This document shows, piece after piece, positions 24,921 to 37,851 of a stretch of 64,000 bases of DNA. Both the position numbers and the translations under genes were made by a program. Origin of the DNA: Botryllus schlosseri (Eukaryota); contig CM119371.1 of the NCBI GenBank assembly GCA_051294905.1, positions 28,212,001 to 28,276,000 of the forward strand, read 5' to 3'. The notes beneath the pieces were generated by a model, which saw only the letters and a program-made list of their open reading frames with translations, did no database searches and was not told the DNA's origin. The number at the start of each line of letters is the position of its first letter. The first letter of the stretch is position 1.

Positions 24921-27900
24921 TATCATAGAGATTTTGCAGCACCATCATCACTAATTAATTATTATAAAATGCGATTTTGAGCGCAGACAGATCATGGTTT
25001 CGATTTACGAGGTCTCCATATTTTAAGACTTATTATAGCTCGCAGTATAACTGAATAGGACTTCATTCTGCCTGCATAATTTTTGCATGTCGAGTAAAAG
25101 GCTAATTTAATCAGTACTAAAATGTCAACGGACTAGCCGCAGGCGCGCGATTCTCGGGGCTATAATTAAACAAACACGTTCGCTGCCGGTACGCTATCCC
25201 TAACGTTATAACGATAGGGATAAGTTAGCCGCATGAAAGCGAGTCTAATGAATATAACGACAGACAACAAGTTAGTTGAAAAGTAAATTATTTTTAGGTA
25301 TTAATCCTTACGTCGCTAACGTAAACCAACAAAATACAACTGATGTCATATTCCATCATTCCATGCAACACTATGTTGGCGACAGACCTAATTTGAACAC
25401 TATAATTTTTCCGAATTAAACTTATCGCCCACCACGGACACCCACATAAAACACCATACAATTCTTGTGGTATAATATACTGAGCATATAATAAGCTGAC
25501 CAAAACACAAACTTTGCTTGCTTTCAGAGTTAGTAACTTAGCGCATAACAGAATTTACCCAAAACAGTCGCTACTCCGAAAATTTTGTAAAGTAGAGCTT
25601 TTTGGCGTTGGACTTAAGTTCCAATGAACAAGTGTTCACGTAGCTTCGAATCCCACACCCACACCTTACTTAAGTGTTTTAAATTAAGTTGGAAGTAGCC
25701 ATTTTCTAGTAAGTAAAACGTTAGTATTTTAGGCCCATTTCTGCTTAATACTATAATTATCATGGAGTTGAAGCAGTCCAATATCATAAACACGTGAAAG
25801 TATTTGTTGCATATAGTTAAAAACCTAATTGAGTACTCTGAAGAAGTACAAGTAGCATAGTTACATTCCAACATTTTATTATCACTAAATTTCTACTAAA
25901 GTACAGGATGTGCAGATTTCCAACTAGTAAATAAGTAAGTTTTAAAGGTATAGTTTGTCTGATAACTGAAAATAATAAATATTAAAATTAAAAAATTAAA
26001 AAGCCCCAAAAATTACATTTTGTCTCCGAACGCAACAAGAAAAATCGTATGACTTTTGTAAAGTAGATAGAAAACTACACTATTCCGATGCACTTAAGAC
26101 TTTTTCACTCCGGATTTTGTATAGTACATGCTAATTTTACATTGCGGAGTATTCATTAAACTTTAATCCAGTGATCCTCAATCTATTTTCAATCACGATC
26201 CTCTTATTAGTCAAGGCTTCGAACCCCATACCCAGTACGTTCTGATAACTGAAAACTCTGAAATAGAAGTAGAGGAAATCTAAATAGATAATAGCAAGAT
26301 TCAGTATAGCGCAAGCAGGCGAAACCTATACTTGAGTACTCCAAATGTACAATTATTTCGATATAGAGATGGTTCGGATAATATCCAATGTGTAAGCTCA
26401 CTTTGAAGGATAATTCGTAAAACTCAAATATTTCGCAGTGAGAGTTTGCAGATTCTCGATGTATTTTTCCTATTTTTCGATGTGATAAGTCATTCTGCTG
26501 TGCGAAAATGCATGATTGGATATAGATGAAACTGACGCTGCTCATCAAGGCCATTGAAAAAAGTACATTTCAACATTTTAGTAGCAGCAAATTTATAGTA
26601 AAGTGCAAGAAGTGATGATTTCGGAGCGTGTAAATCAGTAAGTATTGAAGGTATAGTTTGTCTGAAAACCGAAAACTCTGAAATAGAAGTAGATGCGCTG
26701 TAAAACCAATGCTTGAGTACTCCAAAATGTACAAGTACTTCGCTGTCGACTCAAAAGGTAGTTTTTTTAAATCTACTCTACAAAATCCGTACTGTAAAAC
26801 TTTAGTACATTGGAAAAGTATTTGAGTCTAAAAATATTAATATCTATAAAAAGTATTGGGTGTGGGGTTCGAAGCCTAGACTAATAAGAGGATCGTGATT
26901 GAAAATAGATGGAGGAACACTGGATTAAAGTTTACTGAATACTCCGCAATGTAAAATTAGCATGTGCTATACAAAATCCGGAGTGAAAAGTCTTTGGTGC
27001 ATCGTAATAGTGTAGTTTTCTATCTACTTTACAAAAGTCATACGATTTTTCTTGTTGCGTTCCGAGACAAAATGTAATTTTTGGTGCTTTTTAATTTTTT
27101 TATTTTATTTTTCATTATTTTCAGTTATCAGACAAACTATACCTTTAAAACTTGCTTTTTTACTGGTTGGAAATCTACACATCCTGTACTTTAGTAGAAA
27201 TTTAGTGATAATAAAATGTTGGAATGTAATTTTTTCATTGCTCTTGATTAGAGGTGTCAGTTTCATAAACTTATCCGACAGCATCAGGAATTGGTGATGG
27301 AGAAAGCTAGGCACTAATCTTGTAGAGAACCTCTCGAATTGGTATTTCCTAATATCTCATTCCCGTAGGTGAAATTGCAAACCTTGATCTCAGCTACGAG
27401 GAGAACATTAACTTTACGCAACTCGGAACTATTATTTCGAGGGATCTAACTTATTTGCCACTTGCGAACTCGCGCTTACACTCATTAGGTGATCATCTGT
27501 TAAGTTCGCCAACTGAAATAATCAATCATAGTGCAATATTTATGTGAGTTTTAGTCATATTTAAGCGTGTTTACATTTCTACTAAATTCCTACACTGAAT
27601 CTTGTAAAGTAGATAGAAGAGGAACACTATTAACATAAGGTAAGCGCCAAGTACGTAAATTTCGATGTCATACAAATGCCACAAACTATGCTACTTGTAC
27701 GTATTCAGAGTACTCAAATATAGGTTTTTAGCTATAAGCAACAAATACTTTCATGTGTTTATGATATTGGACTGCTTCAACTCCATGATAATTATAGTAT
27801 TAAGCAGAAATGGGCCTAAAATACTAACGTTTTACTTACTAGAAAATGGCTACTTTCAACTTAATTTAAAACACTTAAGGGAAGCTAACGAAATTCATAG

Positions 27901-28870
27901 TGTAAACGTCTCTAATGCGCAGAAAAAGTACTCAATACGCTATATTTGAATCTAAAAATATTAATTCTCGTAACACGTAGTGGGTGTGGGATTCGAAGCT
28001 ACGTGGACACTTGTTCATTGGAACTTAAGTCCAACGCCAAAAAGCTCTACTTTACAAAATTTTCGGAGTACCGACTTTTTGGGGAAATTCTGTTATGCGT
28101 TTAGTTACTAACTCTGAAAGCAAGCAAAGTTTGTGTTTTGGTCAGCTTATTATATGCTCAGTATATTATACCTCAAGAATTGTATAGCATTTTATGTGGG
28201 TGCTCCGCGGGTGCTCTTCATTGAGTGTCCGTGGTGGGCGATAATTTTAATTCGGACAAATTATAGTGTTCAAATCAGGTCTGTCGCCAACATAGTGTTG
28301 CATGGAATAATTGAATATGACATCAGTTGTATTTTGTTGGTTTACGTTAGCGACGTAATGATTAATACCTAAAAATAATTTACTTTTCAACTAACTTGTT
28401 GTCTGTCGTTATATTCATTAGACTCGCTTTCATGCGGCTAACTTGTCCCTATCGTTATAACGTTAGGGATAGCGTACCGGCAGCGAACGTGTTTGTTTAA
28501 TTATAGCCCCTAGAATCGCGCGCCTGCGGCTAGTCCGTTGACATTTTAGTACTGATTAAATTAGCCTTTTACTCGACATGCAAAAATTATGCTGGCAGAA
28601 TGAAGTCTTATTCAGTTATACTGCGAGCTGATAATTAATAAGTCTTAAAATATGGAGACCTCGTAAATCGAAACCGCGATCTATCTGCGCTCAAAATCGC
28701 ATTTTATATTAATTAATTAGTGATCATGGTGCTGCACAATCACTATGATATATCATCATAAAAACCGCGCCTACTTCAACGTTGATGAGTGTTTTCTGAG
28801 AGCTCGTATTATCCGCGAAGATAGAAAGTCCTAAATACACATCTGGCGAATATAATCTTGCATTGACATC

Positions 28871-29810
28871 CATTGTTGGGATCAAGTCACTACCTTCGAG
28901 TCTCGAGTCATTTCGATTCATTGCAGATTTTGACTCGAGTCAAGTCAAGTCAATCGATTTTCGAAGGAGACTCGAGTCAAGTCAAGTCACTCGATTTTTG
29001 GAGGTGACTCGAGTCAAGTCGAGTCAAGTCAAGTCAAGTCACGAGTCAAGTCACAATTCAAGTCAAGTTGCCTTTTCGATGTATGAGGCATGGTTGCGTC
29101 ATTGTATTCTGCTAGCTGTCTAAAACAGATTAAGTGGTCATTGATTCTGAACCGATGAACGAATGTAGAGTTAAATATTCACGCAAGAAGGCGCTGCATG
29201 GCTCACATATACGTAGAAATGCTACAACTACGTAAGTAATTACATAGCCTCAGTTTAGTTACTAGCCAACATAAAAAATAGAGAAACGTATTAAAATTCG
29301 AGCGTGCGCCAATGGTCGAGGACTATATAAACTATATTCAAATTCAATTTCAATAAAACAAGAGGTTTGGTACAGATGATAGAAGTATACATTCTGCCAC
29401 GAAATTTCCCTACCATACTAGTTTGCGACAGCGTAATCCGTATGCTCCTATCATTTCGTTTGCGGTCTATTTATTTGTGAGAGAACAATGGAGATTCAGT
29501 AAAACGCACGATCATTGAATGATTTGTCGCTTTCACGGGTTACACCAGCGTTTCGTGAACAATCCGACTATATGCAAGATTTGTGATTTGTGACCATATG
29601 CAAGTGATTTTATCGACATCGTTTGCTTGATGACATGAAATTGACTCGTGAATTTTGCTTCGAGTCACGAGTCAATCCGCATTTCTGATACGCCGAGTCA
29701 AGTCAAGTCAAGTTATTTTAGCAAAGTGACTCGAGTCAAGTCAAGTCATACGAAAAAGGTGACTCGAGTCTGACTCGAGTCAAGTCATGACTCGAGTCAT
29801 CCCAACACTG
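28871..29810 (+). mobile_element. hAT-type MITE (family B, CAGTGTTGGGAT TIR, GAGTCAAGTC subterminal repeats) inserted in the right Polinton arm
   Basis: TIRs cattgttgggat / atcccaacactg. Perfect 8-bp TSD TTGACATC. Absent from the left arm. Confidence 0.9.
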
Positions 29811-31578
29811 TTGACATCATGGTTTTCGAAATTTACATATAATCTGAATGTTATTTATATCCAGAAAGCAAGTTATTATCAAGTTTCGGAATTTAATCAT
29901 CTAACGTAATTATCATAAAACCGCGCCTATAGTTCAACGTTGATGAGTATTATCTGAGAGCTCATGTTATCCGCGAAAATGAAAAGTCGTAAATACACAG
30001 AATAATATTATCTGACGAATATAGCCTTGCATAGACATCATACTTTTCGAAACTTATGTATAATCTGAATTATATTTATTTCTGGAAAGCAAGTTATTAT
30101 CAAGTCTCGGAATTTAATCATCCAACGTATGATGGATGTTATTTATTTCTCGGAAGCAAGTTATTTAATGCATATTGCTAAATACACATGGAAAATCGGT
30201 ATTGAAATTCATAAAACATTAGAATGTCTGATACATATAGTGCTAAATACGCATCGCGACAATCTAGTGGTGAGCGACGAATATAAATAGCCTCAGGGGC
30301 GGGGATTGTCGGGGCACAATTTCAGGTCATCCTACTACTCTTTTTCACAATGTCGAATACAGTAGGACTTATTTCTATAAGTTATGCGTATTTAAAAAAA
30401 AACGTATTTGGTGCGGCAGTTACAACTCGACTCTTTCGGTTTTTCTAAACCCTGCCTGAGTACCACCTACGAAAGTTGAAGCTTTCCAAATAATCGACCA
30501 TCAGATAAATATTATCATAACATCAAACAACTTTGTTCAATACAATGATCGGCACAGTTTATGATCAAGCCATATGGTCCTTATTACTTTTTTATGTGTC
30601 TTGCATATTGTTTATATTGCACCCCACATGGCGACTCCCGATACTCTGGACAATGATAAACCATTTACAAGAGATCGCGTAAAGCCCGAATAAAATTGTG
30701 TGTTGCAACAAATTCAGCGAATATTACAAGGATAGTAGAAGTTCGCTCTGGTCCGATCGCGACCCACATTCATACCCATCGTAACCCATGTTTGGGTCGC
30801 GAATTATACTTTAACCAACCCTAGATATAAGTGTTGGGGTCAAGTCGCTACCTTCGAGTCACGAGTCATTTCGCGTCATTGCACATTTTATTCTCGAGTC
30901 AAGTCAAGTAAATCGATTTTCGAAGGTGATTCGAGTCAAGTCAAGTCATTCGATTTTTAGAGGTGACTCGAGTCAAGTCAAGTCAGAATTCAAATCAATT
31001 TGTTTGTTCGAAGTAAGAGGCATGATTACGTCATTACATTGTGCTAGCTGTCTGAAATAGACATTGAATGGTCATTGATATTGAACCGATGAACGAATAT
31101 AGAGTTAACTATACGAAGTGCAAAACTACAAGGTAATTGCATAGCCTCAGTTTATAGTAACCAGCAAAATAGAGAATAGAGCAGAGGTTCCCAACCTTTT
31201 TGTTTTCATTCTCCACTTCAGATTTATTCCTGGCCTCATTCCAAACTACCAAAAACTTTTGTCATTTCGGAGCTGGTAATTGCTTGTATGAGTACACAAG
31301 ACATACAACCTCGCCATTACGCAAGACAATCGCTAATAACTGTAACACAAAGAGTATTGTGAACCGATACCGACAACCCTCAAGATTTAGCGAAATCGTT
31401 ATTTCTCGGTATACTGGTCGTGTTGGATGCGTTCGTGACGCCGTGATTGGATACCGGGATTCAAAAATGAGTTTTTTCGAACAACACGCAGTGTATTCTT
31501 TGATACATACATTCCAGAGCAGTTAATTGGTAACGGCAATTGCGCATGTGTCTCTGTAAATATGTACACTGTCTAGTA

Positions 31579-33706
31579 CAGGGGTTCTCAAAGGGTGGGC
31601 CATGGCCCACTGGTGGACCACAGCAGCATTTGAGGTGGGCCACAAAGCTATTTAGAAAATTTCAGAATTAATGTAAGCCATGTTATATTTGTTACGTTAA
31701 TCGCTACAAAATATATTATCTAATTATACGTAGCCCACATAAAACTTTTCATCCGACTCTAATTAGACGTAGTGGCACGTATGGAGTCAGCATGTAGGCT
31801 ACATTGTACAAGTCGAAAACGTTAAAGAGAAACGGTGGCTTTTTCCACTGGCTATGACAACCTACGGCTAACAGCAGCTAAAATAATTTGGAGTGTATAA
31901 TAACTGGAAGGTAATGCTGAAGTAAACAAGTATTCTGGCAGGTTCATGTGGCGTATGCCGTTGAAAGAGGTATGCAATGAACTCGCAATGAAGTGTATTT
32001 GATGTACAGATTTTGCTGTACTTCGACAGGTCGGATTATTGTCAGATAAAAATAGCCATAATTGCCAATTCTGGTGGAGGTATACTGTACCACCGTAACG
32101 AATCGTAATGGATGGAGGAATTTAACAGGGGAGGGCAATATTCTTTGGAGTCAGTTTAAAATGTCCTTCCTGCCTATACATAATGTAAGATTCAAATGGA
32201 TTGTTTGTATCATTGGATTGAATATTCTGACATCGCAACTTCAGTTGTTTGGGTAAAAGACATGTTGTACATTGTACGTACATCATGCATATTAAAAAAT
32301 CTTTCGTCACTTCTCGGTAGGACCCCATTCTCCAATGAAATATTTGAAGCCGGTCCAGAATGATTATATTAATTATTCCCAAAAATAGTGGAACTAAAAT
32401 CCCAGACACACAGTGGATGCAGGGATTTGATCATTGTATTTCGTGACGCGAATGGAGCAGCGGACGATCATAATGTACTCAGGAGCTTTAGCCTATGATC
32501 TACCAGGCTGTAACTGCTGCACCCAGACGCCCAATTGGGGCAGCTCGAAGGTGCCCAAGATTATTTCGTCGGTCGTTTGTTGGAGCATATTTATTCAACT
32601 TGAAAAATTTCGTCGCGCTTGGTGCGATTTCGTGTCCCGGGACGTGTAGATTTAGATATCATAAGTAGGGCGATTTTTTTTTGACCTAAAAAACGGAAGA
32701 TTTTGACCTAAAAAATCTAAATTTTGACTTTTTTTGATCTAAAAAAACTGTAATTTGACCAAATTTTGACCTCACGTATGCAATTTAGGTTTTTTCGCAC
32801 ATAATGTTAAAATTGTACTACATATTTTCATTTCTGGTTAGAACTGTCTGTCCTTACAAAGTAGATTGGCCTGAAAAAACGTATTTGACTCAAAAACTGA
32901 CAAATTTTTACATAAAAAAACTAGTATTTTAACAAAATCTATGAAGAATTCCAGTAGTTACAGTACGTAGTATGGTGGAAATAATTCAAATTTGTTGTAG
33001 TACAACGAAATACTTTCCTACATTCTCGGTTAGAAAGTGTCTGTCCTTACTAAGTAGCTGGTCAAGAACGGAGAATGAACGTTCAACAGCAGCAGTTGTT
33101 GGCTGACAATACTGAAGTTGTGTGCACACTGCTGGTGACACACCGTGTTGCTTCATTCTGACAATGTTGTCTATATCACAATTTTTCAGCTTGCGCTCCT
33201 TGATATAAGAACATCAATGTCCAAGCAGTCTTGCTTCAGTTAGAATATTGCGGTACGTTGACCATAAAACCATGTCACTATTTGTTTCATTTGACCGTTT
33301 ATAATTCACAATGAGCAGACGATGGGGCCGTTTATAACGGTAGGCCTATAAAGTAGGCTACAAGCTGTAAATTATCAAATGATAAGTTCACAGACAGCGC
33401 AAAATCTACGATACAAACGAAATGCAGAGGTCAAAAAATGTTTGACTTTGTAAACAATTTTGACCTAATTTTGACCTAACGCTACAATTTTGACCTAATT
33501 TTGACTTTTTTTGACATGTCAAAAAAAATCGCCCTAATCATAAGTAAATTCAGTAAAAAATGCGCATAATTTTACGGAAATAGGCATATCGCCGCTGTTC
33601 ATTACCATGCATTGAACAGGATAATGACCCCAAGATAAGAGGTGGGCCACAGCACATTTTCAAATCGGAAAATGGGCCACGGCCAAGAAAGGGCTGAGAA
33701 ACCCTG
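31579..33706 (+). mobile_element. hAT/Charlie-type element; third nest level
   Basis: TIRs caggggttctca / tgagaaaccctg. TGGGCCAC subterminal repeats. Perfect TSD GTCTAGTA. Confidence 0.88.
32666..33536 (-). mobile_element. Internally deleted hAT-like element with a transposase C-terminal remnant; innermost nest level
   Basis: TIRs tagggcgatttttttttgac / gtcaaaaaaaatcgcccta. Perfect TSD ATCATAAG. TTTTGACC subterminal repeats. Minus strand near 33000-33130 reads YCQPTTAAVERSFSVLDQLLSKDRHFLTENV, like a hAT dimerisation motif. Confidence 0.85.
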
Positions 33707-34299
33707 GTCTAGTATATAGTGTTCAACAAATGGGTTTATTCCCCACCAGAAACCATTGAATTCTCCACCAGTGGGGCCTGGCCCCTAGAATAGAGAAACG
33801 AATTGATAAGATGCAATACGTTACCCATTAACAAATTGATATGATACAATTCAAGTCTGCGCCAATGGTAGAGGACTATATAAACTATATTCGAATTCAA
33901 TTTCAATAAATGAAGAGGTTTGGTGAAGGTAAGAACAGAGAACCGAAATAAACATTTTGTTATTAAATTACTCCACTATACTAGTTTACGATAACATAAG
34001 CTGTACAATTCGATAACTTGGTTTGCAGTCAATTTATTTGTGAGAGAATAATGGGAGTTCAGTAAAACTCACGATCATTGAATGATTGGTCTCTCTCACG
34101 GGTTACACCAGCATTTCGAGAACAAAAACAAGATAGTGATGTTTAGCGATACCGATTACTCTATGACTTGAAATTAACTCGTGAATTTTGCTCTGAGTCA
34201 AGAGTCAATCCATATTTCTGATACGCCGAGTCAAGTCAAGTCAAGTCAAGTCATTTTAGCAATGTGACTCGAGTCATCCCAACACTGCTAGATATAGAT

Positions 34300-35726
34300 C
34301 GGTGGTCGGGAACCTTTTTCTTCCGAAGACCCATATTGACCTTATATTTTGCATTTGAACTCCCAAAGAGCCATACATGTCAATCAACTATTACGTCACA
34401 ATTGAAAAATCATTACATCATGGTAGCGCAAATTCGATATCACTACATGGGCTTCATCGTTTGCAACGTATTTTCTCTGTAAAAACTATAGTACCAATCA
34501 TGCTCGTTTCCTTTACTCGAGTGATGACTGATGAGTATGCAAAACTTGAGTTACATAGATCTTTTGCAAGTTATATATTTTTAATTGTATTGCACTGAGA
34601 GACATATGATATTTTTTAACCTTAAAACAATGCCATTTAGATTTCCAACTGACGTAGCCCACAGTAAAAGTATGAATCTACTTTTTACACGGTTTTACAG
34701 TTAATGCGTTTTTTGGTGTTGGATGGCATTCTTGATGACCTTCTAGTCTGGTTGATAAATTGTTGAGGTTAAGCCTCATACAAAATTTGAGACTTTCTTC
34801 AGTCATACGAGATCGTAGGTTCGTCTTGATGCTAATTTTAAATGAGAGGACCTATGCTTCGTAAATGGTGCCAAACACGGTCACTATGCAGCAGTATGCA
34901 TACCCACTGTAATAAGTGATGCGTCAGTGACGTGGGGTCAAGGGAGGCAGGTGACGCATTGCCTCACCTGTCTACTAGATTTTGAACATTTGTACTACCA
35001 AAATCACGCAACTTGCCCATTTATTGATCGAAAATAAAATGTGAAAAGAGAGGTAAGGCATGTTGAGGCACGACCCGGCGATGCCTTACCTGTAATCATC
35101 GTAATTCATCGTAAATATCATATAATTTATAATAACTGATATTAATGTGTAGTGTCGCGCTGATTCCGATTCGACTTCTCAATTCTCAAAGTATTCGGCG
35201 GTAACATAGCGTTGCGCCACACGCCCTCATTTTAGCAGCGACTACAAAGCTATCAATCAAGAATGTGGATGGCTATGGCGTTGTTTGAAATTTGAATTTA
35301 TAATTGTGAATGTCACTTCTCCGGTAGTTAATTTCTCGCCGTAGATCAGGATGACAATGTGTATTTGAAAACTGCATTGTGATACAGGTGCCGCCACATA
35401 TTATACTCTGGTATGATCAATTCAGGATTTCGTGGCGGGTAAATCGAATTCGGGAGTGATATTGGTCGCCGGCACGACAGCAACTTAAACTTGAGGATTT
35501 TGAAAAGGGAGTCCGAGCCTTTAACCCCGAATACGTCTCTGTATTAACCTCTCAAAGTCATGTTTATAGAGTCACAAGAATAATTATAGTGTTCGTGCTG
35601 AAGATTTAATAACAAGTTGCTGCAATATTGATAAATTTGGGAAAAAAATAAAAATTTCGCAAAGAGTCATATCTCATGCCCAAAAGAGCCATATGTGGCT
35701 CGCGAGCCATAGGTTCCCGACCACTG
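34300..35726 (-). mobile_element. Charlie/Buster-type hAT deletion derivative
   Basis: TIRs cggtggtcgggaacct / aggttcccgaccactg. Minus strand near 34760-34890 reads VFGTIYE..IKTNLRSRMTEESLKFCMRL, like a GTF2IRD2/Buster C-terminus. Confidence 0.7.
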
Positions 35727-37169
35727 CAAAATAACGATTGCGATTAAAAGGCCTCATGAGAGAACCACTTTATTTTTAAATGCAGCGTCATGGCGTCATT
35801 TACTGTTCACGTCATAATATACCAATCGGTCTTCTTTATAGCTGCCGATTACTCGGACCAATTGATTTGCATTCTACCCAGTGCCCTTACCAAACATCCC
35901 ATTCGGGTGGAGAGTAAGTAGAAGGGGACACAAAATTATAGAATATTTTTCGGAGATTTATTTAACTTGGAAATTTTGTTCACGCTTAGCGATTTTATGT
36001 CGTAAATATCTTGATTTTGAATTTCATGCCCCTTCCCTTTCCAAGATGTGTTATTTATAGAAATAGGCATTTCAGTGCGGGCCATTAACCCACCACGATC
36101 CACGAAGACATACGCGGCTTCGGTCAACATGCGACCCACGAAGTGTGCTACCAAAAAGAGACTGTAGCAGAAATTTTGTACACATGCCCATTGTCAATAC
36201 CCGCTCCGCATCTGCGCGACGAATAATCCTGTCCTCCAAATCTGAGCCCGACAATACAAATGCCACGCGGGGCACCCACTGAGGAAAATGCTGCGTCCCA
36301 CGGAGAAAATACAATTTTTGCGTGCGTCGAAAGTTTTCTTGTTCATTTTCTTAGTTTGCTATGTTTGGGTTACTCCAATATCTTTTGTCGATGCAGCATA
36401 TGGGAGGTCACGAGTCAACAACATACAACCAATTAATAATAACAACGGGCTTCCCCAGCTCTACCGGTTGATCGAACCAGTGGAGATGGGTGAGGATGAA
36501 AAATGAATAGTAATATATGCAATTACCAATATTATAGGCGACATTCAGTCATGAACTTGAAAAAATTTTCGCACTTGAAAGCAAATACGCCGCACATCAT
36601 CATCGCATCACAAATTCAAAACCTGTCTTTTCGATGTTGCGGAAAGCCCGGTCATAAAAGGGGTGTCTTGGGGACTACGCGCGCCAGACGTTTGATTGAT
36701 CATTTTGTTGAGGTGATTTACCATTTATAGACGCTCAGCAAACAATATATGCCTAAATCACGGCGAAAATCACGTTCTTTTTGTGCTTTTGCTTGTAAAT
36801 GTAGCGAAGTCTCTACGAAAATCGAATTATCTTCTGTGTTTTCGCTCCGTAAATGCTTAACCGGGGCTTGTCCCGGTACCGCTCATAAGAAGCTAACACT
36901 GTCCTCTCAAAGCCGATCACAATAAGGAAACGGTGAACTACTCTCTCCTATTCATAAAATTACCGAGCAACCGGGGCAATTTGGCGAGTGGCCCTGCAAG
37001 TGTGATGTAGCAATGGTATATATACCTGAACTCTGTTACCGTCCTTTGCGCTGAGTCGACCTTTGTTGGTATAAGTCGATTTTGACGGTGTTTCGCAACA
37101 TGGTAATTCTTGAAACTTTGTGTGTTACGTCGTTATGGTGGTATTTAACGCTGCTCCACGTTTCAGGGT

Positions 37170-37730
37170 TGCTACTTAAAGATTAGGGTAGTAATTTTAT
37201 TTCCGCAGTTCAGTGTGTGCTGATCCGTCATGCATCGGAAACAGATTTTACTCAAAAGTCGGTATTGGTCTCCACTGATTTTGACGATGTTCAATACCGA
37301 GATCGTTCATGACATTTGACGTAGTAAGTCTTATTGTTAGTATCCAACGCTCCGCCAAGTTTCAATTTATCACTGAACTATATGGGTGGTAATTTCGTCT
37401 CCCAAGTCGAGTGAGAGCTGACTCGCTATTTATCGCTAACAGATTTCACGCAAAACCGGTATTGGTTTCTATATATTTTAACGATGCTCCATACCTAGAT
37501 CGGTCATGAGCTTTTGATATCTTGATTTTAGTATCGAACGCTGTGCCAAGTCCCGAGGTTGGCACTCTATCATTAGGGCAGTCATTTCGTTATTGAAGTC
37601 GAGTATGGTAAGAGATGTACGCTGATCTATGACAGATAGGCCTAACTACCGCATTGCGGATTTCACGCAAAAGCCGGTGTTTGTCTGTGCTAATTTTAAC
37701 TGTGCTTCATACTGAGATAGGTGATGAGAT
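37170..37730. repeat. Degenerate tandem repeat, ~200-220-bp unit, about 2.7 copies
   Basis: The motif gattt(c/t)ac(g/t)caaaa..cggt(a/g)tt..t recurs near 37243, 37441 and 37659. Confidence 0.7.
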
Positions 37731-37851
37731 AATGATCTCATGAAACAGTTTACGAAGATTCTCGGTTTGCATTCAAATATTCACTTTATTTTATATTCTC
37801 CAATGTCAATTTCACCGTGAAATAGTGGCCTTCAAGCCATTTGCTTACAAC

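Larger units (their letters stand above)
24272..30339. mobile_element. Non-autonomous Polinton/Maverick-like foldback element (6068 bp)
   Basis: Starts AGTAGTAGcatgacctgaaattgtgccccgacaatccccgcccc and ends with the near-exact reverse complement (...ttcaggtcatcCTACTACT). Perfect 6-bp TSD CTTTTT at 24266-71 and 30340-45. Inverted arms about 24272-26233 and 26857-30339. No recognisable coding sequence. Confidence 0.85.
31182..33787 (+). mobile_element. hAT/Charlie-type MITE (family C); second nest level
   Basis: Starts cagaggttcccaacc. Perfect TSD GAATAGAG at 31174-81 and 33788-95. Same family as 42421-43513. Confidence 0.8.
30829..34287 (+). mobile_element. hAT-type MITE family B; outermost layer of a four-level nest
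   Basis: TIRs aagtgttggggt / atcccaacactg. Perfect TSD CTAGATAT at 30821-28 and 34288-95. Confidence 0.88.

Noticed and set aside
25294..28372. Near-identical ORF pairs (25294/28133 and 25614/27665) that look like duplicated genes
   Set aside because: They are by-products of the inverted arms. The copies differ by indels and show no protein-family features.
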